Origin: Acidimicrobiia bacterium
Lineage (GTDB): Bacteria > Actinomycetota > Acidimicrobiia > IMCC26256 > PALSA-555
Reading direction: 5' to 3'
Assembly: GCA_046484625.1 (NCBI GenBank)
Contig: JAWOIO010000043.1
Span: forward strand, 1-55,915
DNA length: 55,915 nt
Of this stretch, positions 24,316-31,144 are shown one piece after another. A program made the position numbers and the translations under genes. Under the pieces are notes generated by a model, which ran no database searches, was not told the DNA's origin, and saw nothing but the letters and a program-made list of their open reading frames with translations. Within the stretch, counting starts at the first letter, position 1. Every line of letters begins with the position of its first letter.

Positions 24316-25959
24316 TTACGCGCCGAGCGAGGTGTCGAGTGCGGTCTCGGGGAGACCGGCGCTGGTCCGCTCGTGCTCGATGGACGCCCGGTACGACGCG
24401 ACCTCGCGCGCGATGTCGTCCTCGCTCCACCCCAGGTCGGGTGCGATCAGACGGGCGACGCTCTCCGCCGCGGCGGCCGACGCGTCGCGCGCCAGCAGGC
24501 GGGCGCGGGTGCGGCGCGACAGGACGTCGTCGAGGGTGCGGGCCATCTCGTGGCGAACCGCGAACACCGCCTCGGCGCGGAGGTACGGGAGGCCGGGCAC
24601 GAGCGCGTCAGCGAGGTCCGGATCGGCCGCGAGGTCGAGCACGGCCGACGCCTCGGTGCCGTACCGGCCGGCGAGGTGCTCGTGGAGGCTCGGCTCCGGG
24701 CTGTCGGGCGGGGCTTCGTAGCCCTCGGACCCGATGATCGGCAACGACTTCGTGCGGCAGCGGGCGCGCGTGCCGGCGAGTCGGGTGACCTGGTCCACGG
24801 CGTCCTTGGCCATCCGCCGGTAGGTCGTGAGCTTGCCCCCCGTGATCGTCACGACCCCGCTCTCGGAGACGTTCACGCCGTGGCGGCGCGAGAGATCAGC
24901 GGTGCGCTCCGATCGGGCGCTGCGCAGCAGCGGTCGCAGACCCGCCCAGGTCGCCACGACGTCGGACTCGGTGACGGTGCCCTCGATCGCCGCGTTCAGC
25001 GCGGTCAGCAGGTAGGCGACGTCCTCCGGGGTGCACTGCGGGTCGTCGAGGGGACCGTCGTACTCGGTGTCGGTGGTGCCGATGAAGGTGGTGTCACGCC
25101 ACGGGACGACGAAGACCGAGCGCCTGTCCTTCGGGACCGGCACGACCGCGGCGATGTCGTTGCGCACCCGGTCCCAGGGCACGGTGATGTGGATGCCCTT
25201 CGCCGGACGGATCGAGTCCGGGTCCGAGCCCTCGTCCATCGCGCGCACCTCGTCGGCCCAGACTCCGGTCGCGTTGATCACGGCGCGGGCGCTCACCTCG
25301 ATGGTCTCGCCGTCGGCGTGCACCCGTGCCCCACGGACCTTGCCGCCGGTGCCCTTGAGGATCTCGTCGACCGAGGCGTAGTTGGCGATCGCGGCACCGT
25401 GCGCCGCAGCGGTGCGGGCGATCGCGAGTGTGAACCGAGCGTCGTCCACCCGGGCGTCGTAGTACAGGTACGCGCTGGCGACGTTGTCACGGCGCAGGGT
25501 CGGCATGTGGGCGAGGGCCTCGTCGCGCGAGATGCGTTCGTGGAACTTCCGGATCCGCCAGCCACCGGTGAGGTCGTACAGCCACATGGCACTACCGAGG
25601 GCGCGGGCGATCCGCCGGTTGATGAGCCCGTCGCGGGTGAGGATCGGGATGAGGAAGGGAAGCACCCGGACGAGGTGCGGCGCGTTGCGCAGCGCGACCT
25701 GCCGCTCGTGGAGCGCCTCGTACACCAGCCGGAACTCGCGCTGCTGGAGGTAGCGGATGCCGCCGTGCACGAGCTTCGACGACTTCGACGATGTCCCGGC
25801 CGCGAAGTCGGACCGGTCGACGAGTGCGGTGCGCAGGCCCCGGCTGGCGGCGTCGAGCGCGCAGCCGACCCCGGTGATGCCGGCGCCCACCACCAGCACG
25901 TCGAACTCCTCTGCGCCGAGGCGGTCCAAGGCGACGCGCCGGTCGGCGGAGGGGGTCAT
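24316..25959 (-). CDS. glpD: glycerol-3-phosphate dehydrogenase (FAD-dependent)
   Basis: 547 aa with FDVLVVGAGITGVGCALDAASRG and SSKSSKLVHGGIRYL. Confidence 0.93.
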   Translation of the reverse strand: MTPSADRRVALDRLGAEEFDVLVVGAGITGVGCALDAASRGLRTALVDRSDFAAGTSSKSSKLVHGGIRYLQQREFRLVYEALHERQVALRNAPHLVRVLPFLIPILTRDGLINRRIARALGSAMWLYDLTGGWRIRKFHERISRDEALAHMPTLRRDNVASAYLYYDARVDDARFTLAIARTAAAHGAAIANYASVDEILKGTGGKVRGARVHADGETIEVSARAVINATGVWADEVRAMDEGSDPDSIRPAKGIHITVPWDRVRNDIAAVVPVPKDRRSVFVVPWRDTTFIGTTDTEYDGPLDDPQCTPEDVAYLLTALNAAIEGTVTESDVVATWAGLRPLLRSARSERTADLSRRHGVNVSESGVVTITGGKLTTYRRMAKDAVDQVTRLAGTRARCRTKSLPIIGSEGYEAPPDSPEPSLHEHLAGRYGTEASAVLDLAADPDLADALVPGLPYLRAEAVFAVRHEMARTLDDVLSRRTRARLLARDASAAAAESVARLIAPDLGWSEDDIAREVASYRASIEHERTSAGLPETALDTSLGA

Positions 25960-25965
25960 GGGCCC

Positions 25966-25981
25966 AGGTTACCGATCGGTA
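25966..25981 (-). promoter_or_regulatory. -10-like box (TAACCT) overlapping a 12-bp perfect palindrome TACCGATCGGTA
   Basis: TANNNT (25966-25971) ends 6 nt before ATG 25959. The palindrome at 25970-25981 overlaps it. Confidence 0.4.
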
Positions 25982-26028
25982 GCAAGAGGCGGCCGAACGG
26001 GCGGAAGCCGAGGCGCGTCCCCCGGTTC

Positions 26029-26082
26029 GGGCTACTCGGCACGCTGGTTGTCGCCAGGCAACGATGAACGTGCCGAGAAGCC
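26029..26082 (+). repeat. conserved palindromic intergenic element, copy 2
   Basis: GGGCTACTCGGCACG-CTGGTT-GTCGC-CAG-GCAAC-GATGAA-CGTGCCGAGAAGCC. It ends 10 nt from the stop of 26093..28219. Confidence 0.85.
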
Positions 26083-26092
26083 GGGTGGAGGG

Positions 26093-28219
26093 TCAGTAGG
26101 CGAGCAGGTGGCCGAGGTCGCGGGCGATGTCGGCGACCTGGGGAAGGACCGCGTGCTCGAGCGTCGGCTCGTAGCCGACCGGCGTGTCGGCCGCGGCGAG
26201 GCGCAGGACGGGCGCGTCGAGGTCCTCGAAGCACTCGTCGGCGATCCAGGCCGCTACCTCGGCCCCGAACCCGGCGGTCAGCGTGTCCTCGTGCAGGACG
26301 AGGACACGCCCGGTCCGCGCGACGGACTCCGCGACGATGTCTCGGTCCCAGGGCGCGATCGTGCGGAGGTCGATGAGGTCGACGCGGGAGCCCTCTGGAT
26401 CGACCTCCCGTGCCGCGAGCGCGGCGCGGTGCACGGTCGCACCCCACGTCACGATCGTCACCCTGTCCCCGTGGAGCACGTGCGCGCCCCGTCCGAACGG
26501 GAGCATCCAGTCGGGCGGAGGGAACGGGTCGCGGTTGTAGCCCTGCCGGTAGAGGTGCTTGTGCTCGAGGAACAGGATCGGGTCCTCACCGGCGAAGGCG
26601 GTGCGCATGAGTCCGGCGGCGTCGCGTGCACGCGACGGGAACGCGATGAGCAGTCCGGGAATGTGGGCGAAGATCGACTCGCCGCTCTGGGAGTGCCAGA
26701 TCGCCCCCCCGGTGAGGTAGCCGCCGATCGGGATGCGGATCACCGTGGGGCAGGTGAAGGCGCCGTTGCTGCGCCAGCGGATGGTCGCGGCCTCGGACCG
26801 GATCTGGGTCATCGCGGGCCACACGTAGTCGAAGAACTGGATCTCCGGGGACGGCCGGAGGCCACGAATGGCCTGCCCGACGGCGCGGCCGATGATGTTG
26901 GCCTCGGCGAGCGGCGTGTTGAAGCAGCGCGCCTGACCGAACGCGCGCTGGAGCCCGAAGGTGATTCCGAAGACGCCGCCCTTTCCCGGGACCTCGTCGA
27001 GCGCGCTCGGGTCGGCGTCGGCGACGTCCTCACCGAAGACACGGATGCGCTCGTCGGCGGCCATCCGCTCGTGGAGCGTCCGGCGGATCGCCTCGCCGAA
27101 GGTCACGGGCTCGGCATCGTCCGCGGCACCCGTTCCGGAGGGTTCCGCCTCGACGACCGGTGGGTCAGGAGGGAGGTCGACGACCGGGGGAGGTCCCACG
27201 AGGTGGTCGCGGACCGTGCTCGGGTCGGGTCGGGGCGACGCGAGCGCGCGCTGGGCAACTTCGGCCACCTCGGCGGTCGCGTCGGCTCGGATCTGTCGGG
27301 CCTCGTCCTCGGTGATCGCGCCGGAGTGGACCAGCTCGCGCTCGAGGACGTCGATCGGATCGTGCTCGGCCTCGTCGACGAGCTCCGCGTCGGGCCGGTA
27401 CTTCTTCTGGTCGTCGGAGAGTGAGTGGGAGTACGGGCGGGTGACGGTCGCGTGGATCAGCCCGGGGCCCTGGCCGGCCCGGACGCGGTGGACGGCGTCG
27501 GCGCCGAGGCGACGCGACTCGAAGTAGTCGCGGCCGTCGAGCTTCGTGACGTGGAGGCCGCGCACGCCGGCGACCATCTCGGAGATCGGGGCAGGCGCCT
27601 GGTCCGTCGCGCGCGTCGAGATCGCGTAGCCGTTGTCGGCGATCAGGAAGAGGACGGGCAGCGCCAGCCGGGCCGCGGAGCTGATGCTCTCCCAGAACTC
27701 GCCTTCTGACGTCGCTCCCTCCCCGAGGGACACGTACGTGACCTCGTCGCCGTGCGCGACGCACCCGGGAAGGTCACGACGCACGATGTAGCGCCCGGCT
27801 TCGGCGCACCCGACCGCGGGGAGGCACTGCGAGCCGGTGGGGCTGGACTGGGTGACGATGTGACGTGCGACATCGCCCCAGTGGCACGGCATCTGGCGGC
27901 CACCGGAGGCCGGGTCGTCGGCCGAGCCGACCGCCTGCAGGAGCAGGTCGAGCGGCGGCACACCCAGCCCGAGGACCAGCGCGCGGTCCCGGTAGTAGGG
28001 GAAGAACCAGTCGTAGCCGGGCCGCAGCTCCCGGGCGAGGGCAAGGAGCAGCGCCTCGTGCCCGGCGCCGGAGATCTGGAAGAAGACCCGGCTCTGCTGG
28101 CGCAGCGTGATCTCGCGGTCGTCGAGCGCTCTCGAGACGCACGCCAGCCGGAAGTCGGCGACGGCCTCGTCAAGGGCGATCCCGCGATGGTGACCACTGG
28201 TCCGGTCGAGCGAGCGCAC
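26093..28219 (-). CDS. 2-oxoacid dehydrogenase E1 component, fused alpha-beta subunits (TPP-dependent)
   Basis: The alpha part has a TPP motif region (VSLGEGATSEGEFWE...LIADNGYAIS). A Pro-rich linker precedes the beta part (RVFGEDVADA...GGVFG...FNTPLAEANIIG). The in-frame GTG at 28219 is chosen because the rest of the 1072-aa track ORF runs antisense through the E2 gene. Confidence 0.85.
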   Translation of the reverse strand: MRSLDRTSGHHRGIALDEAVADFRLACVSRALDDREITLRQQSRVFFQISGAGHEALLLALARELRPGYDWFFPYYRDRALVLGLGVPPLDLLLQAVGSADDPASGGRQMPCHWGDVARHIVTQSSPTGSQCLPAVGCAEAGRYIVRRDLPGCVAHGDEVTYVSLGEGATSEGEFWESISSAARLALPVLFLIADNGYAISTRATDQAPAPISEMVAGVRGLHVTKLDGRDYFESRRLGADAVHRVRAGQGPGLIHATVTRPYSHSLSDDQKKYRPDAELVDEAEHDPIDVLERELVHSGAITEDEARQIRADATAEVAEVAQRALASPRPDPSTVRDHLVGPPPVVDLPPDPPVVEAEPSGTGAADDAEPVTFGEAIRRTLHERMAADERIRVFGEDVADADPSALDEVPGKGGVFGITFGLQRAFGQARCFNTPLAEANIIGRAVGQAIRGLRPSPEIQFFDYVWPAMTQIRSEAATIRWRSNGAFTCPTVIRIPIGGYLTGGAIWHSQSGESIFAHIPGLLIAFPSRARDAAGLMRTAFAGEDPILFLEHKHLYRQGYNRDPFPPPDWMLPFGRGAHVLHGDRVTIVTWGATVHRAALAAREVDPEGSRVDLIDLRTIAPWDRDIVAESVARTGRVLVLHEDTLTAGFGAEVAAWIADECFEDLDAPVLRLAAADTPVGYEPTLEHAVLPQVADIARDLGHLLAY

Positions 28220-28227
28220 CGGTCGCG

Positions 28228-28233
28228 AGCCTA
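28228..28233 (-). promoter_or_regulatory. -10-like box (TAGGCT) upstream of E1 gene
   Basis: TANNNT ends 8 nt before GTG 28219. Confidence 0.3.
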
Positions 28234-28267
28234 CGGCGCACCGGCACGCGGCACGAGCAGGGGTCGG

Positions 28268-28273
28268 TACCGT
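28268..28273 (+). promoter_or_regulatory. -10-like box (TACCGT) for leaderless E2 gene
   Basis: TANNNT ends 6 nt before GTG 28280. Confidence 0.4.
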
Positions 28274-28279
28274 GGGGTC

Positions 28280-29254
28280 GTGCGATCGCCATCGGCGGGC
28301 TTCCTGTCCCCGGTCGTCCGGCGCCTGGGTGCCGAGCTGGGGATCGACCCTGCGCAGCTTGCCGGAACCGGCCGCGGGGGACGGGTCACGCGCGACGACG
28401 TGCTGCGCGCTGCGGCGGCGCCCGGCGCCACATCGGGCACTGCCCCCGTCGACACCATCGACGGACCGACGCCCGCCCCACCGACGCCCGCCCCACTGGC
28501 GCCCGCCCCACCGGCTGGCCCTCCACCGTCTGGCCCTCCACCGTCTGGCGGAGCGATCCCGTTCTCGAAGCTCCGCCGGCAGATGGCGACCCGGCTCGTC
28601 GCGGCGAAGCGCTCGGCGGCCCATGCGTTCTGCTCGACCGAGGTCGATGTGCAGGCGATCGAGCGGGTCCGCGCCGCCTACGGACCGAGCTTCCGGGTCG
28701 AAGAGGGCTTCTCGCTCACGTACCTCCCGTTCTTCGCGCGGGCGACGGTCCACGCGCTGCGCGAGTTCCCGCGCCTCAACGGGACGGTCGGGGAGGACGA
28801 GCTCCGCATCTCGGGGGCGGTCCACCTCGGGATCGCGGTGGATCTCGACGGCGAGGGCCTGCTCGTCCCGGTGGTCCACGACGCCGGGACGAAGGGCCTG
28901 CGTCTGCTCGCGCGGGAGATCGTCGACCTCGCGCGTCGTGCGCGTGCCGGCGCGCTGCGGCCCGACGACGTGAGCGGCGGGACGTTCACCGTGACCAATC
29001 CCGGCCCGTTCTCGACCGTGGTGTCGGTCCCGATCATCAACGCGCCGCAGGTCGGGATCCTCGCGACCGACGCGGTCCGCCGCCTCCCCGTGGTCGTCGA
29101 GCGCGACGGTGCCGACGGGATCGGTATCCACTCGGTCGCGACGATCGGGCTGTCCTTCGACCACCGGGCGGTCGACGGTGCCTACGCGGCGTCGTTCGTG
29201 CGCCGAGTCGGCGAGATCCTCGTGCGCCACCCCTGGGCCGCCGAGCTCGTCTGA
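28280..29254 (+). CDS. 2-oxoacid dehydrogenase E2 acyltransferase lacking a lipoyl domain
   Basis: It starts directly with a peripheral-subunit-binding domain (SPSAGFLSPVVRRLGAELGIDPAQLAGTGRGGRVTRDDV). An Ala/Pro linker follows, then the catalytic domain with DHRAVDG. It is the tail of track ORF 27752..29254. Confidence 0.85.
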   Translation: MRSPSAGFLSPVVRRLGAELGIDPAQLAGTGRGGRVTRDDVLRAAAAPGATSGTAPVDTIDGPTPAPPTPAPLAPAPPAGPPPSGPPPSGGAIPFSKLRRQMATRLVAAKRSAAHAFCSTEVDVQAIERVRAAYGPSFRVEEGFSLTYLPFFARATVHALREFPRLNGTVGEDELRISGAVHLGIAVDLDGEGLLVPVVHDAGTKGLRLLAREIVDLARRARAGALRPDDVSGGTFTVTNPGPFSTVVSVPIINAPQVGILATDAVRRLPVVVERDGADGIGIHSVATIGLSFDHRAVDGAYAASFVRRVGEILVRHPWAAELV

Positions 29255-29275
29255 GCGTTCACCGGCTCCGGCATC

Positions 29276-29329
29276 GGGCTTCTCGGCACGCTGATCGTTG
29301 CTCTGCAACAACGAACGTGCCGAGAAGCC
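29276..29329 (+). repeat. conserved palindromic intergenic element, copy 3
   Basis: GGGCTTCTCGGCACG-CTGATC-GTTGC-TCT-GCAAC-AACGAA-CGTGCCGAGAAGCC. It starts 22 nt after the E2 stop and ends 5 nt before the stop of the convergent rhodanese gene. Confidence 0.85.
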
Positions 29330-29333
29330 TGGC

Positions 29334-29687
29334 TCAGGCGACCGTCCCGGGGCGGCCGTCGTCGGTCTCGGTGACGATGGGGAAGCCCGCCGCGGCCCAC
29401 GCCTGCATGCCGCCGGCGATGTTGCTGGCGTCGTAGCCCGCCTGGACGAGCGCCTGGGTCACCGTGCCCGAGCGGTTCCCCGAGCGGCAGATCACGACGA
29501 CGGGCCTGTCGGTGGGCAGCTCGGCTTGTCGCGCCTGGATCTCACCTATCGGGATCCATGCGGCCCCTGCGGCGTGGCCCGTGTGCCACTCGACCGGCTC
29601 GCGCACGTCGAGCAGCACCGCGCCGGACTCGACCTGCTCCCGAGCGGTCGCCACGTCGACGGTGGGGACCGCGTCGTCCGCGCTCAT
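29334..29687 (-). CDS. single-domain rhodanese (sulfurtransferase)
   Basis: 117 aa with the active-site loop CRSGNRS. An ATGA overlap links it to the upstream gene. Confidence 0.9.
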   Translation of the reverse strand: MSADDAVPTVDVATAREQVESGAVLLDVREPVEWHTGHAAGAAWIPIGEIQARQAELPTDRPVVVICRSGNRSGTVTQALVQAGYDASNIAGGMQAWAAAGFPIVTETDDGRPGTVA

Positions 29688-31072
29688 GCGTTGGTGCCCG
29701 CAACCTCGTGACGCCACGCCTCGAAGCCGCCGAGCACGTCGGACACGTCGGTGAACCCGCGAGTGGCGAGCACGCTCGCGCCGACCGCTGATCGACCGCC
29801 GCCCGCGCAGTACACGACGGTCGGCGCACTCGGGTCGAGCTCGGCGATCGCGTCCAGCAGGCGGGGGAGCGGCGTCTCGTGCGCGCCCGGGACCGTGCCG
29901 AGCGCCGTCTCGCCGGGGTCGCGGACGTCGAGCACCTGGAGTGAGTCGACGTTCGAGCGCCGGTCCTCCAGCTCGCGCGCCGTCATGCGCGAGGAGCGCT
30001 GGGTCGCCTCGGGGTGACTGGACAGGGTGACGAGCGCGTCGGTGAGGAACCCGGCGACGCGATCGAACCCGATGCGACCGAGACGGACCTTGGCCTCGAG
30101 CTCGGTGCCCGGGTTGCCGACGAGCACGATGCGGTCGGCGTGGTCGAGCACGTCGCCGGTCCACTCGGAGAACCGACCGCCGAGCGACACGTTGATCGAG
30201 CCGCGCAGGTGCCCGGCGGCGAAGTCCATGGGGTCCCGTGTGTCGAGGACCGCGGCGCCGTCGCGCTGGGCGGCGAGCACGGCGTCGAGGTCCATCGGTG
30301 GCGGCGATTGCTCCTCGTCGAGGGTGGGTCGCGCCTCGCGGTTGCGGGCGGCGTCGAAGGCGAAGTAACCGGGCGCGGTGGGCTGCCCTTCGGTCACCAC
30401 CGCGACGAACTCCTCCTCGGTCATGGGCTGGAGGGCGTAGTTCACGAGGCGCTGCTCACCGATGGTCGACTGCTTCTCGGTCGAGAGCTGCTTCCCGCAG
30501 GCGGAGCCGGCACCGTGCGCGGGGAACACCCGGGTCTCGTCGGGGAGCGTGAGGAGGCGCTCGTGCAACGAGTGGTACAGCTTGCGTCCCAGCTCGTCGG
30601 CCGTCACACCGATCGAGGACAAGAGGTCGGGGCGACCGACGTCGCCGATGAACAGTGTGTCGCCGGTGAGCACCGCGTACGGGACGTCGTCGTCGACGTG
30701 TTCGAACACGACGATGCTGATGGACTCCGGCGTGTGGCCCGGGGTGGCCCGGATCTCGAGCGTGACGTCGCCGAGCGACAGCCGGGTGTCGTCGGCGAGC
30801 GGCTCGTAGTCGAACCCGATGCCGGTTGCCGCGTCGCCGTAGGAGATGACCGCGCCGGTCTGCTCCGCGAGCTCGAGGTGTCCGGACAGGAAGTCGGCGT
30901 GGACATGCGTCTCGAGGACCCGTTCGATCGTGAGCCCCTGTGCGGCGGCGTCGGCGACGTACTGCGAGACGTCGCGCTGTGGGTCGACGACGACGGCACG
31001 GCCGCTCGTCTCGTCGCCGACGAGGTACGACGCGTGCGAGAGGCAGTCGAGGTAGTACTGCGTGAAGATCAT
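29684..31072 (-). CDS. MBL-fold persulfide-dioxygenase-like protein fused to rhodanese domains
   Basis: MIFTQYYLDCLSHASYL... with THVHADFLSG (HxHxDH-type). The C-terminal rhodanese domains include VVYCAGGGRS. ATG 31072 is chosen over the track start at 31126. Confidence 0.9.
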   Translation of the reverse strand: MIFTQYYLDCLSHASYLVGDETSGRAVVVDPQRDVSQYVADAAAQGLTIERVLETHVHADFLSGHLELAEQTGAVISYGDAATGIGFDYEPLADDTRLSLGDVTLEIRATPGHTPESISIVVFEHVDDDVPYAVLTGDTLFIGDVGRPDLLSSIGVTADELGRKLYHSLHERLLTLPDETRVFPAHGAGSACGKQLSTEKQSTIGEQRLVNYALQPMTEEEFVAVVTEGQPTAPGYFAFDAARNREARPTLDEEQSPPPMDLDAVLAAQRDGAAVLDTRDPMDFAAGHLRGSINVSLGGRFSEWTGDVLDHADRIVLVGNPGTELEAKVRLGRIGFDRVAGFLTDALVTLSSHPEATQRSSRMTARELEDRRSNVDSLQVLDVRDPGETALGTVPGAHETPLPRLLDAIAELDPSAPTVVYCAGGGRSAVGASVLATRGFTDVSDVLGGFEAWRHEVAGTNA

Positions 31073-31084
31073 TGGGCTCCGTCT

Positions 31085-31125
31085 TGGCGTCAGGAACCCG
31101 CTCTCAGGGCGGGTTCCTGACGCCA
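31085..31125 (-). terminator. 17-bp perfect inverted repeat (terminator and/or operator)
   Basis: TGGCGTCAGGAACCCGC - 7 nt - GCGGGTTCCTGACGCCA. It lies 20 nt after the stop of 31145..32725 and 13 nt before ATG 31072. There is no U-tract. A TACCTT box sits at 31131-31126 on the minus strand. Confidence 0.45.
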
Positions 31126-31144
31126 AAGGTAGACGCGGGGCCGG

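Noticed and set aside
28220-29311. N-terminal 364-codon extension of the E1 gene (track ORF 26093..29311, 1072 aa).
   Set aside because: The extension is antisense to the well-supported E2 gene and is low-complexity. It begins inside palindromic element copy 3. E1-alpha similarity only starts near GTG 28219.
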